Below, one piece after another: positions 11,554 to 23,300 of a stretch of DNA of 64,000 bases. Under the pieces are notes generated by a model. That model worked only from the letters and a program-made list of their open reading frames with translations, did not search any database and was not told the origin of the DNA. The position numbers were made by a program, and so were the translations under genes. Numbering within the stretch: the stretch's first letter is position 1; each line of letters begins with the position of its first letter. The stretch comes from Naegleria gruberi (Eukaryota): NCBI GenBank assembly GCA_000004985.1, contig GG738851.1, one strand, 5' to 3'.

Positions 11554-13812
11554 TTATTTATTTGAGGTTTGTGACACAGGAGTGTGTTGTTGAGGGAAAA
11601 AATCACCGAGAAGTTTCAGAATATCCTCAGTAGTCAAATTGTCAAGGTCTGTATTTCCAAAATTCATAGTTCCATTCTCAATGTTGAATATATCATCTCC
11701 ATAGGATTGAGAAAGTTTTCTGATTACACCTTGAGCATTAAAATCTGCAGGAAGTGAAACTTTTCGTGAATTTAAAACATCAATGAGTGAATTTTTCTTT
11801 TCTTCACGATTAGGGGAGTTAGGATTGCATTGTTCATTACTTTGGCTCATACTACTATTGTATTGTGCGATAATATTGAGTAATTGCATCTTTTCATAAT
11901 CGGTGAGAACGTCCAAAGAAGCTGCATTTCTTCTAGAGTATAGTCTGCCATTATCTTGATTTGTTGAAGCATTCATATTTTGAATGTTATCGTGTTGAAC
12001 TGAACTATTAATCGAGTTCACGTTCATCAATGGATCCATTGAAATGTTTGTCATATTTGGTGGAAGGGTATTTCCAGGCCCAATAGTTAAAGGTAAACCA
12101 TTTAAGTTATTCATTTGTTGAAGGTTGGTATTTACAGCAGATGGAAAGGTAATATTGTGGAAGTTGTATATCTTTGGATTTGGTTCTGACTTGTTAAAGT
12201 GATTGGAATAGTCATGAAATTCTGTTTGAAAACCATGATATCTAGGACTTGTTGGATATGGTTGGTTATTATTGGCAAAATTTGGTTGGATCATTTGAGG
12301 TGTTGGTGATGGCACAAAATTTTGAATTTGGCCAGCTCTATTCATACTTAAGGTGTCAGAGGTAGCAAAATTGGTGGGTTGTCCATAGGCTTGGAATGGA
12401 AAATTGGAAGTTTGATTTGATTGATAAATATCTTCTTGTTGCTGCTGTTGCTGTTGTTGATTGTTTTTAGCAGGATATTTCAATACTATTTTTTGACTGT
12501 CTACATCTGCATATTGATTAGTTGTTGGCATTTGTAACATGTTTGAAAAGGATTGTTGAGGGCTATTAGATATTTGCAACATTCCAGTATAAGGATTACT
12601 AAAAGTGGTACTTCTGGCATCTAGGTTTGCATAGTTTTGATCCTGAAAAGAGTTAGTATTCGTTGGAGATTCTGTATTCATAATCACAGTTCCATCTTGC
12701 AATAATATTGATGAAACATTTGGAGATGGATTAGTCTTGAGCTCAACAACTTCTCTCTGCAATTTGTCAATTTCCTGTTGAGTTTGTGCCACAGACTTTT
12801 GATCATTCTTTGATTCAGAACGTTGTTGCATAATTTGTAAAACTTCAATTCTTCTCTGAATAGAATTTAACCTTCTGAATGGCCATCTTGGAATTTGAAA
12901 TTCTCTGCACAACCTCTTCAATTGGGTCAAGCTTACTCCCAGTAATTGACTGGCATCTCTAATTGGCATTTCAAAACAAGAAGCAATATCATTGAAAGCA
13001 ATATTCTTTCTGTGTTTTCTAACTGAGAGTCCATGAGATGATGACCTGGATTTGCCACTCTTCTTTTTCTTCTTTTTTGAGTTGGCTTCTGGTTCTTCAT
13101 CTTCGTCCATGTCTTCATCATCAAAGGATGACGAAGTTGCTGTAGTTGTTGGAGGAGATTGCAGTTGTTGGGAAGAGGTGTTAACAGTACTGTTGGCCGA
13201 AAATGTCTGTTCAATTTGTGGAGGGACAAAGTTCATACTATTTTGTGAAGAGACACTATGGCTTGAAGATGCCGCTTGTTGTTGCTGTGGATAGAAAGAT
13301 TGTGGATTTTGATTATCAAGAGTAGAGGGAGGCGATGTGGATCCACATGTATTGGAAGCTACTATCAGTTGGTTAGCAGCTGCAGTTTGGTTCAAAAAGT
13401 TTTGGTGATTTGTAGATTGCATCAATGGCATAACTACTTGGTTGGCATCTAATAAATCGGCAGGTGAATTTAGTTGATTCATAAAAGAATGTCCAAATGT
13501 TGAATTATTATTACTATAAAGCGAGGAAGTATACGAATTTTGAATAGTATTTTGAGTGAGGCTATGGAGAGAGGATGTTGTCGATGGCTCAAGTGGTTCA
13601 GACTTTATGTGAGTGGAGGAGGCTACGGAAGAGGTTGATAATGCTCCCATATCAAGACTAGAATAGAGATGATTCATTAGATTGTTTGTGGAGGTAGCAA
13701 CAGTAGCAGCAGTTGGTAAAGAACCATTCATCAGTGCCGTGAAATTATTTGATGATGCCTGTTGCTGCATTGAAATGTTATAATTGTTATTGTAATAATA
13801 ATTATTATCCAT
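11554..13812 (-). CDS. RWP-RK domain transcription factor, N/Q/S-rich low-complexity (752 aa)
   Basis: NIAFNDIASCFEMPIRDASQLLGVSLTQLKRLCREFQIPRWPFRRL matches the RWP-RK domain consensus. A basic KKKKKK stretch lies upstream of it. Extensive poly-N/poly-Q tracts (NNYYYNNNYN, QQQQQQQQ). Confidence 0.7.
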   Translation of the reverse strand: MDNNYYYNNNYNISMQQQASSNNFTALMNGSLPTAATVATSTNNLMNHLYSSLDMGALSTSSVASSTHIKSEPLEPSTTSSLHSLTQNTIQNSYTSSLYSNNNSTFGHSFMNQLNSPADLLDANQVVMPLMQSTNHQNFLNQTAAANQLIVASNTCGSTSPPSTLDNQNPQSFYPQQQQAASSSHSVSSQNSMNFVPPQIEQTFSANSTVNTSSQQLQSPPTTTATSSSFDDEDMDEDEEPEANSKKKKKKSGKSRSSSHGLSVRKHRKNIAFNDIASCFEMPIRDASQLLGVSLTQLKRLCREFQIPRWPFRRLNSIQRRIEVLQIMQQRSESKNDQKSVAQTQQEIDKLQREVVELKTNPSPNVSSILLQDGTVIMNTESPTNTNSFQDQNYANLDARSTTFSNPYTGMLQISNSPQQSFSNMLQMPTTNQYADVDSQKIVLKYPAKNNQQQQQQQQEDIYQSNQTSNFPFQAYGQPTNFATSDTLSMNRAGQIQNFVPSPTPQMIQPNFANNNQPYPTSPRYHGFQTEFHDYSNHFNKSEPNPKIYNFHNITFPSAVNTNLQQMNNLNGLPLTIGPGNTLPPNMTNISMDPLMNVNSINSSVQHDNIQNMNASTNQDNGRLYSRRNAASLDVLTDYEKMQLLNIIAQYNSSMSQSNEQCNPNSPNREEKKNSLIDVLNSRKVSLPADFNAQGVIRKLSQSYGDDIFNIENGTMNFGNTDLDNLTTEDILKLLGDFFPQQHTPVSQTSNK

Positions 13813-15144
13813 CTTGCCTAATATTGATGATGAGGACGAAAATTATAGTTGTTAATAGTAGGTGGAGGAATGTGGAAGATATTGTGGTAAAATTGATGAT
13901 GATGATCTGAAGATTACGAGATGAAAATAATGATAGTTTCCTATGATCATAGGTGATTTTTCAGGTGTTTTCTACTTTCTCAGATGTTTTGTTGAGCAAA
14001 GTGATCTATTTGTGTCTCTTTTTTTCTCTTCCTTCGTTGAAGCCCAGCTGTTGCAAGCCTTCAGATGTATTGTTGGTGCTGTTGTTTTGGAATGTTAGGT
14101 GGTGCAAGAACGGATGACCTAAGCAAGCAAGTGGAAATGTTTTTGTGTTTTTTGTACAAATAAATTATCGTATCGAATGTCGTTTGGAAGAGATTTCATT
14201 GCCACATGTGAAGGGTTTTTTGTTGTGGATGTGGATCACATAATAGTCCAACAGTTTTATAGGAAGTGTTGTTATTGATGATCAGGTTATAGCATGGATA
14301 TGGTTATTTTGTGGAGGGAGGTAAATACATATGGAAAGATGCCGGAATACAGTTAGTTGATGATAAAGGTTATCACGATGATAAATTGCAACACATGTTT
14401 AAGATTTGAACAAGGTTCATTACTTACTGTTGTCAATAATCTCACTTCAATAATGTTGTTCTGCTGTTGAGAGAGAACGGACAATGTCTCTTGTTTTAAA
14501 TAGGGAATAGATAAAACCTCTTGTAGCAATGCTGATAGACAAATTACAAGAGATATCTATGAAAACAAGAGATGATGATAATCGGCAAACAATCACTACT
14601 AATTTGAACTGTTAGTTAATTATATTGAAACTCCACAAGATTGTCCTCGTTAATATCCAGAAATACTAAGTCAGACTTCGATACTATTAGCTTATTGAGC
14701 ACGCACACACTAGTTTGTTTCAAAACCAACCGAGCCTACGGAGACAACTATTTTCTTTAATGTTTTTAATAAGGGGTTTGTTTTAGAAACCATGCACAAC
14801 AATCTCAACAAGAGATTTGCAGTGCAGTACAGCAACAAGCACACACCACCACACAACTGTGGAATGCGGGTATTCTCCACACAACAACGTTCGTGATCTG
14901 ATGTTGGTTGGCATGCGCAACAATCTCGTTAGTAAGATAAAAAAACCTCTTTGAGGAAAAAACTCGATTTTCCACCTCAAGAACGTGTAAAGTAACAGGG
15001 AGATTATGTGATTATTAATATTGTTATATCAAATGAGAAGAATATTATTACATAGGTTAATTTTGAATTGCTGAAGAAGAGGACTTTCAACACCTTTCTC
15101 AGAATTCATTTCCAAATTTATCAAGTTGGATATTGGCTATGATA

Positions 15145-15216
15145 CACAAAGAAACACAGCCTGAGGCTGTAAACTCTCCAATTCACGTCACGTGTGGAAG
15201 GCTGTGTTTCTTTGTG
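15145..15216. repeat. 17-bp perfect inverted repeat (CACAAAGAAACACAGCC ... GGCTGTGTTTCTTTGTG) with a 38-nt loop containing nested palindromes
   Basis: Read directly from the sequence. The loop contains CAGCCTGAGGCTG and CACGTCACGTG. It sits in the 2.4-kb divergent intergenic region between the RWP-RK and CUE genes. Confidence 0.6.
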
Positions 15217-16264
15217 ATGTTGTTATTACTAATAAAATATTCTGAATTTATTATGTTCTGTCCCTTAACATGTTGACTACAGCAGTCAAGTGCTTAATTG
15301 CATTGGAGGCATGGGACTTTTGTGGAAGGATTATTTTCAGTTTATAATCCTCAACCATCTGCATTGCCAGTAGACAGTTGCAAATGAATGAAATATTTCA
15401 CTCCGAAACAAACACTTGAATAGTTCATTTTGTTTCCTGTTGATAGTTAGAAAAGATGCCCTACAATTGATTTAACAATTTTGTTGTTTCAGACTGAAAT
15501 ATAGATCTATTTTCTTGTGGCATTCACTGGTAACTTGCGTTTTTTCCAACCTTATTCTTGAACATTTACCACCACAATGTAAACAATTGAATACAATAAC
15601 AATAAGGAAAATCCACTTTACTAATTAATTTTTTACGATTTTCTCGAACAATATAATCTAAAATAGTCACTCAACCAATACAATTTAACACTCTTTTAAG
15701 GTTCTATTCACACTCATATCATTGTGAAATGATTCCACTCACTTGACTCTCAACTTGCATCCAGATTCCACCAGATGAGGACACTACTTTATTGCAAGTT
15801 ACTTTCCATAAACATCTCATCCATCATTTCATATCGTGAAATTATATACATCATTAAAAAAACAAGATTGATCTCTGTTTACTTTGCTTGAATTCTTTCC
15901 TTTTTGTTTTTAAACTTTTAAACAAATTCGCTTTAGAATTATTTACGAATTCTATTTTTAATCTCCAATTTACTAAACATCACCAGAAGGAACAATAAGA
16001 AAAAAATTGATTTTAATCTCTCACATTCTCTCTGTCTATTTGATTATCTATAACATCAACAGCATCATCAGCCGTAGAATTTAATAGAATTTGATTTATT
16101 GTTATACACAATCAATACTAAACAAGAACAACAACAATAGATCATCTTTGCGGAATCTTTGATCATCATTTTGGATTAAAATTTTAATACAACAATAGTG
16201 GTGGATTTACATAGAATATTATTATAGATTACAATTGTATAAATACTTTAAATATTATTAGAAA

Positions 16265-17002
16265 ATGGTTACACCAAAACTTACATTACGAGAGGCTATG
16301 GTTACACTCACAACCATGTTTCCTTCCTTTGATGAAGAAACTATCAAGGGAGTACTCTATCAAACCAATGGTCATATGGAAAGAACCATAGAGGTTTTAT
16401 TGACAATGGTTGATGAAGGGGATACTGGTGCCACCACAAATCAACCTCCAATGGTTTCTACTACCAATACAAATACTGTTAATAATCAATCAGGTCCTCC
16501 ACCATCATCAGGAAATATAGTTAGACATACATTGGATGAGGATTTCTTGAGATATTCAAATTTAGATCCAGCAACTGGTGCTACAACTCAAGAGGAAGAA
16601 AATCAATATAGTCAAGATGAATATTATGCACAACGTTTACAACAAGCTTTATTCGAACAAGGTTTATCGAATGCTCCTCCACAAACTCATCAACCACCTG
16701 CCTATGAATACGGAGTTGATAATAGCTCACCTCAATATCACACCAACTCAACAGCAACTGTCAGAAGAAATGTTGACAGTGGATATTCAACAAGAGGAAT
16801 TGGTTCGAATACCACAACAGAAACTTCAACTTTTGATCAATTAAGTGACCTTGCAAAGAAAAAGTTTGCAGACTTTAAGAAAAAGTACTTTACTAACAAT
16901 AATAGAAACAATGCTCAACCTGTAGCAGATCCAGAGGAAGAAACAATGAATAGAGGTCTCTTAAGAGATGAGGATGAAGAAATGGAAAATTCTCGTTTGT
17001 AA
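16265..17002 (+). CDS. CUE-domain (ubiquitin-binding) protein (245 aa)
   Basis: N-terminal CUE signature: REAMVTLTTMFPSFDEETIKGVLYQTNGHMERTIEVLL (MFP motif plus di-Leu). The remainder is T/N/Q-rich. Confidence 0.6.
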   Translation: MVTPKLTLREAMVTLTTMFPSFDEETIKGVLYQTNGHMERTIEVLLTMVDEGDTGATTNQPPMVSTTNTNTVNNQSGPPPSSGNIVRHTLDEDFLRYSNLDPATGATTQEEENQYSQDEYYAQRLQQALFEQGLSNAPPQTHQPPAYEYGVDNSSPQYHTNSTATVRRNVDSGYSTRGIGSNTTTETSTFDQLSDLAKKKFADFKKKYFTNNNRNNAQPVADPEEETMNRGLLRDEDEEMENSRL

Positions 17003-17122
17003 ATTAATATAACATTTAACTTGTACATATTCTATTATTTATTTCCGAAAAGTCATGATTAAAACTTCCAAAAATGGGTTTATACCATCTCAGGATTGCT
17101 TACAAAAATAACAAATAAGGAA

Positions 17123-18961
17123 TTATTTCTCATTACAAAATAGATAGACTGAAATGGCAAACTTTGGATCTGTTTGAGGATAATTATTGAATTGAAGTGT
17201 GGTTTCTTGCAATAATTCAGGTTCTTCCTCAAGTAATTGGGAAACGTAATTAGAGAGCGTTAGATTTTCATTAAACATGGCTGCTTCATAGATAGCCCTC
17301 TTAAGCTCTAACTTATTATCGTAATATTCGAGTATTGCTTGTGACAGAATACGGCAAACTGTTGGCAAATAGAAAATATTCTGAATGAAACGTTTCTTGC
17401 AAAATTGTACAAATTCTGTTGGATTTTTCCAGTTTTTTAAAATAAGATCTCCAATACTGCACTCGGTAAGCTTGTCCAAATCAATTGGCTTATCCGAAAA
17501 TAAAGTTGCAAACTCTGTAACATATACACCCACATTGTTATAGATGTTCGATAGATATTGTACAAGTTTTGGGAAGAATTTCACCTTCTTTTCTATTTCA
17601 TAAATATCTGCATGATAATTATCAATTAAGAATTTGATTACTTGACCATATTGTGTTGAATAGATGTAAAATCTTGCCAAATAATTCTCTATGGCCGATT
17701 GAGAATATAAAATTCCTTTCCCTTTAACATATTCCAATAATCTAAGTTCATTGACATTGAATTGGTTAATTCCTCTCAATTTAATCATCTCTAATAATGG
17801 AATTGGCAAATTATCAAGAAAATCATTCAAACTAGTACTCTCTTCATTGGATAATCGTCCAATTAACGAATAAAAGTAACTACTTTCAGTAACTTGCACA
17901 TAAATTTTCTCTCCTTCTAGGAATTTTCCCAAAAATTGTAAATATTTGATGAAAAAAGTGTATTCTGATAATAAAGAAAATGTTTTTGAAATGGATCCTG
18001 TAAAATATTCACTTATTGACAATGTGTCAGAAGTATCAATTCCATTTCTATTCAAAAGTTCGTACATTAGCTCATTTACATCCTCATAATAATAACAGTT
18101 GGAAAACATAATTGATATCCAAGATATTTGAGCTTTGAATTTGCTAGATTCGAATAAGCCCTTTAAAACATTAGAACATTCTTTCTTTGGAATTAAATCT
18201 GGTAAGTTCTGCAATGATAATCCTATCATTATTTCCCAATATTTAGGATACTCTTCCGATTGTGAAATTCCTCTGAATAATTTCTTTAGAACCAATTTAA
18301 AATCAACATTCGGAATAAATTTCATTACACTAATATTTCTGATATATTCCTCTCCCAAGACATGCATCAGAAAATTCAGCACAATCTCCTTTGAATGGTA
18401 CTGAAAATTAGTCTTCAAACCTCCAAAGAATACATTTAGAGCAATAGTCATTTCTGAATTAATTTGTTTTTCCATCAAATACTTGAATCTTCTATCCCCA
18501 TTTTGTTGTAAACTAAATAGTTTTTCCTTTATAGAACCTCTCTCAGCAGTACCATCCTCCAATATATGTTTCTCATAGGCATTCAAAAGCGATTGCATCA
18601 CTGCCCTATGCACAACAAAGGGAACTAGTTTTTTCTGTCCAGAATTTGAGTTAATTCCTTGGATTAGTTTCACAGTTTGTTTCTTCTTCTCTCTATTGTA
18701 ATGTTTCGAATCATTGAGTATTTCACTCAGTGGAATATTGTTAGTTGCACTGGTCGTAGCAGAGTAGTCTTTCATCTTTTGATATTTTTCAATAATATTC
18801 GAAATGATGTATTGATGATAAATTGTCTTCCAGAATATTTCGTATGTATCGAGAGAGTACCAATCTTTGCAAACTAGGCGACAAGATAGAGCATCACGAT
18901 ATGGTAAATATTCCGCAATTAAAAATAAAGTATCTGTTGAGAGAGAAGGTGATGGATTCAT
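17123..18961 (-). CDS. F-box protein (612 aa), remainder uncharacterised
   Basis: N-terminal F-box LSTDTLFLIAEYLPYRDALSCRLVCKDWYSL. Long uninterrupted ORF. Confidence 0.6.
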   Translation of the reverse strand: MNPSPSLSTDTLFLIAEYLPYRDALSCRLVCKDWYSLDTYEIFWKTIYHQYIISNIIEKYQKMKDYSATTSATNNIPLSEILNDSKHYNREKKKQTVKLIQGINSNSGQKKLVPFVVHRAVMQSLLNAYEKHILEDGTAERGSIKEKLFSLQQNGDRRFKYLMEKQINSEMTIALNVFFGGLKTNFQYHSKEIVLNFLMHVLGEEYIRNISVMKFIPNVDFKLVLKKLFRGISQSEEYPKYWEIMIGLSLQNLPDLIPKKECSNVLKGLFESSKFKAQISWISIMFSNCYYYEDVNELMYELLNRNGIDTSDTLSISEYFTGSISKTFSLLSEYTFFIKYLQFLGKFLEGEKIYVQVTESSYFYSLIGRLSNEESTSLNDFLDNLPIPLLEMIKLRGINQFNVNELRLLEYVKGKGILYSQSAIENYLARFYIYSTQYGQVIKFLIDNYHADIYEIEKKVKFFPKLVQYLSNIYNNVGVYVTEFATLFSDKPIDLDKLTECSIGDLILKNWKNPTEFVQFCKKRFIQNIFYLPTVCRILSQAILEYYDNKLELKRAIYEAAMFNENLTLSNYVSQLLEEEPELLQETTLQFNNYPQTDPKFAISVYLFCNEK

Positions 18962-19163
18962 TTTTTTTTCTTTGGTTGACCAGAATATTTACTCACACAA
19001 TGAAATGGTTCAACCTTGAAAATACACTTGTTGTAATGTTTGAAAAATTGGGATTTCAGATTCAAATATTTTCGAATGATAATAAATAAAAATTATCCCA
19101 AGCTCACATTCTAGATTCATAATTATGGAAAAAGGAAGGATTTGCAGTTTTAATAAATTTGAA

Positions 19164-20324
19164 TTATTTCTTTCTCTTTTTAATACCACGCATGAATGAA
19201 CCGAAAATCTTATCGTTTACAATGAATGACTTGTCAGTGGTTGGTGGCACATCTATAAGAGATGGTAAATCGTCAATACTCTCATCGTCATCATGTAATT
19301 CTGTCGTGGTAACTGGATTGAAAACTTTTGATGAGCTAGAATTCTTCTTTGGTTTGCTGGCTGGTAAACCTGATGTATCGAAACGTTCAGGAGATGTGAA
19401 TTTAAAAGCAAAGCCTTCTGTATTCTTTCTCTCTTTTGATGTATTTTGAGTTGATGGTTTGGTTTCTTTTGTTTCTTTTGTTTCTTTGGTTATATCCATT
19501 CTTGCTATGTATCGTACAACATCCTCCAAGAACTCGTGTAATATTAAATTATCAAATCCAATGAGTACAGTATCGAGAATATTGTAAAATACTGCTTGTC
19601 TGCAGTGTGTACAAACAATTGGTTTCATTTCAGATGTATCTGTGAGAGCTCTGTAAGTTCCTAAAAGAAGAATGGCAATAATCAAATAGTATGATATTGT
19701 TGGGAAAAATCCTTGAAAATTATATTTCCTTCCTGAAGCAATAATGTCAAATAAAATAAAACTCTGAATTGGAATATCCAAAAATAACAAAAGTGGAAAG
19801 GTGAAATAAGATCCAAACCATCCATTAAACATGTAAGTAAAATATCCAAATACACTCAAATTGGCACAATCCATCACTGAGAATGCATCAGGATAAACAC
19901 TCTTTGTATCATTTCCTGCACTATTCCATATATTGGAAACAAAAGGCTTCAAGTGCACAGAGTACAAAACATTAAATCCTTGGTCTTTTTCTGCAAGTGG
20001 TTTATAATTATAGTCCACTCCATAAATCCAGCCCAAATAAACAGCCGATAAAATGTAGACCAGCACTACTCGTTTCCAATTTGCTCCGATAACCCTTCCA
20101 CTTATTAAAGTTAGAGAATAATAAAAATCGTAGGCTAGCATCAACAAGGAGGAGTATTCGTTTCCATCACTATTTTCACACTTTTTCATTTCATCATTGA
20201 TCCACTTTTTATCTCTCCCATACAAGATATCATTAGGAAAAACAAAAGAATTTTGCTGCATTACTACTGGTGTGGCTTCAGCGTTTGTTGTGTGATTATT
20301 TTTTTGTATTTTTAGAAGTTCCAC
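19164..20324 (-). CDS. Multi-pass membrane protein, unknown family (386 aa)
   Basis: Several hydrophobic segments followed by a KETKETKETK repeat and a polar C-terminal tail. Lies immediately downstream of the GPI-EtNP transferase gene on the same strand. Confidence 0.45.
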   Translation of the reverse strand: MELLKIQKNNHTTNAEATPVVMQQNSFVFPNDILYGRDKKWINDEMKKCENSDGNEYSSLLMLAYDFYYSLTLISGRVIGANWKRVVLVYILSAVYLGWIYGVDYNYKPLAEKDQGFNVLYSVHLKPFVSNIWNSAGNDTKSVYPDAFSVMDCANLSVFGYFTYMFNGWFGSYFTFPLLLFLDIPIQSFILFDIIASGRKYNFQGFFPTISYYLIIAILLLGTYRALTDTSEMKPIVCTHCRQAVFYNILDTVLIGFDNLILHEFLEDVVRYIARMDITKETKETKETKPSTQNTSKERKNTEGFAFKFTSPERFDTSGLPASKPKKNSSSSKVFNPVTTTELHDDDESIDDLPSLIDVPPTTDKSFIVNDKIFGSFMRGIKKRKK

Positions 20325-20382
20325 AATTCGATGTAAGGAGAAAATATCGGAATAGAGTTTTCAAATATTATTGAAACAACAT

Positions 20383-23300
20383 TTATACATCTTTAATTGG
20401 TTTATCAGAGGTAGTGATAGGTAAAATGTCATCACTTTCTGGTTCATTTTGACTGAGTAAAACTTGTTGAACGAAAGTTTTGAATTTTCCATTTGGCACC
20501 TTACTCAAAACAAATTCAATCACGAAAACTGAGTACCTAGTAACCATATTGAAGAATGTAAATGCAGTAGCTGAAATTGAAATTACAACCAAATAGACAA
20601 TTGTTTCTTGGAAGGCATGGTCCATAGTAATATAACAAAGCATAAGATTGACGAAAACATGAGCATTGAACATGAGCAAAGTAAAGGTATTAAGAATAAT
20701 ATCTGTGATGTAGTATCTGTCAGCGTCCTTAATATCCTTTTCAGTCTTTGTCAAACCATCATCTTTTTCTCTGTGAAGAACAGACCAAAAGTAAATAGCA
20801 GACAATAAAATCATATGCCAACGTTCATAACCCATTTGGAATGCATTGAAATTAGGGTGTTGTTGGTGAGATTTCATACCTACAGCGCCAGCCATTGGGT
20901 GAGCATCAACATCCAATCTTTCTTCTTTTCCAATGTGGAAACCATACATAAAGTGATTCATAAAGAAAAGACTAATTGTTAATTGAAGAATATCAAAGAA
21001 GTGATGCTTGGTTTCATCATCTTCGAATTGTGGTGATGAACCAGATGAGTTGAAGCCCTTGTCTTTCTTCTTAACTTGGCAGCAGTATTTGTTAATCAAG
21101 ATATAAGCAGGAACGAGGAGGTAAAAATATTGTACATTTTGAAGCAAAGTGACAACTCTTCCAAAAGGTGTATCTCTCATCAAGGCAAAAGCATACAACA
21201 AGGATGGAATGATCAATCTATCCAATCTCTTTGGATTGAAAAGTAAGACAAATACAAAGTAGAGGAAGGCCATAATGATAAATCCTAAATAATAAATGTG
21301 GAATCCTGCAATGGTATAGTATTGAACATAAAGGGCCTTTTGTTCTTGTGGAGCTGTTTCTCTAACGCTGGTAAATTCAAAGAGGAAGAGTAGGAGCATC
21401 ATGGCTGTACAATAAATAAAGTGGAAGGTATTCTTGTTCATATTCTTAGTTGCTGGCACTGGTGTTCTACGTATCTTTCTTACAATGAACAATGCAACAG
21501 AAACAATGGAGCTGAACAAGTTGTATCCACAAAAATCAAAAACAACATAAATCAACAACAAGTATTGCAATGGCAAGACATGTTCCATTCCCCACTTCCA
21601 TTGTTTTCTGAACAAGTGGAAGAGAGCAAAGAAGGTCATATCAATAGTACAGAAAATGAATAATTTCCAGCCAATGAGTGAGAAACCATCAGCTTCTCCC
21701 TTATCCTTTTCAGTTCTGGTCTTCATGAAATAAATTGTGCATTGATAAATAACAAAGAATAGAACAATTGTCAAAAAACCTTGCCAAATGAAGAATGGTC
21801 CACCACTTCTTACAACTCCCTTCCAAGTGTCCCAACAGAATAAGACATTGACAAATGAACCAAAATAGAGTGGAATCAAAATGCAGAGGAGATAGAGTGC
21901 CTTAGAGACATACTTTTCAGCTAACAAGTGAATAGCATGGAAATTGAAACGGTACAAGCCAATCACAACCATAACCAGTGTACATGCTACATAGAAAGCA
22001 ACCCAAAATACTGGAGTATCCATCAATTGATAGAGCTTTTGCTTCATTTCAACATTAAGTTTTGAAAGCTCCGTGTTAAAATCTCTAATTGACTTGAACT
22101 TTTCAGAGAATGACATGTCGCTAGCCTCCATCTTTAACAAGTTCAAAATAGAAGAAGCAGATCTAAGCAAGTCAGTTCCTCTTCTGGTAGTAGTATCAGT
22201 CAATTGAACCAAACTTTCCTTCAAAACATATGATTTGTACTTGAGTGATTCTTCGTCATCGCCAAAATAAGCTCTTGATACACCAATGTTATCAGCAGGT
22301 ATATCTACTCCCTTCAAATACTTGGCAACAGTTGGACAAACATCAACAATGTCCAATCTTTCATCGTATGGTTTTAATCTTGGATTGTAGAGCATGACAT
22401 AACCTTCATTTCCATCTCTAGAATAACCATGCAATACGTAACCATTGGAAACATCGTCTGTACCGTGGTCAGAAGATAAAATCAATAAATAATCTGGGTT
22501 TGCATCAATCCAATCCTTAAGAGGGTTAATGTCAGAGGCTATTCTGTCAGATAAATAGGTCAAATAGTCCAAATTTGTTGGATCGTGTCTAAAGACACCA
22601 TGATTGATATGGTCAAAAATTGCAGAGTGAGCAAAAAGTGAACCTCCCTCTCCCTTGATTGTGTCCAAAGTTTCTCTATAGAATTTTCTAGCATCTTCAT
22701 TGGCAAAGAAGAATCTATATCCTTGGTCATGAGGTTGATCCAAAGGTTCTTCCTTTAATTCAATTCTCTTGAATAATTTATCATAATGCTTGTTTCCGTG
22801 AATAGCAAGGAAACTCCATTCAGGTCCAACATATGTTAATGGTCCCATATCTGGACTTCTTTGAATAGATTTGACAAGACTGTCTCCTTCAATTGGATTT
22901 CCTTGATAATTTGTTGGCAGTTGACCAGTCATATAACTGGTATAAATGGCATGGGAATATTTTGGACCTGGAACATCAATTGTGTACAGGACCATATGAT
23001 CCTTGAAATGGTCAAATGTCTTTTTACTATACTTGACCGGAAGACCATCAGTAAATAACCAAATAACCTTGGTAAATTGTAATTCTGATGGATAATCACA
23101 CAAATGATGTTCTTTTTTCAAATTACTAAATTCACTACTAGTAAAAACATTAAGACTCTTTGTTGATATTAATGCATCTGTTTCCGATGACTTGTGTCCA
23201 GTCCTAATTAACTTTTCCCTGACAGATTCTGGAGTTGCTTGAGAGCACATTGTATTTGTTGCTCCAGATTTATATTGACTTCTATTCAAAAGTGTAAAAA

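Noticed and set aside
12933-13294. ORFs overlapping the RWP-RK gene (poly-Ser, poly-Phe, Cys-rich)
   Set aside because: They are alternative-frame or antisense translations of the low-complexity AAG/GAA/CAA-rich coding repeats.
19455-19485. Tandem 9-nt repeat encoding KETKETKETK
   Set aside because: A short in-frame coding microsatellite within ORF 19164..20324. Not an independent feature.
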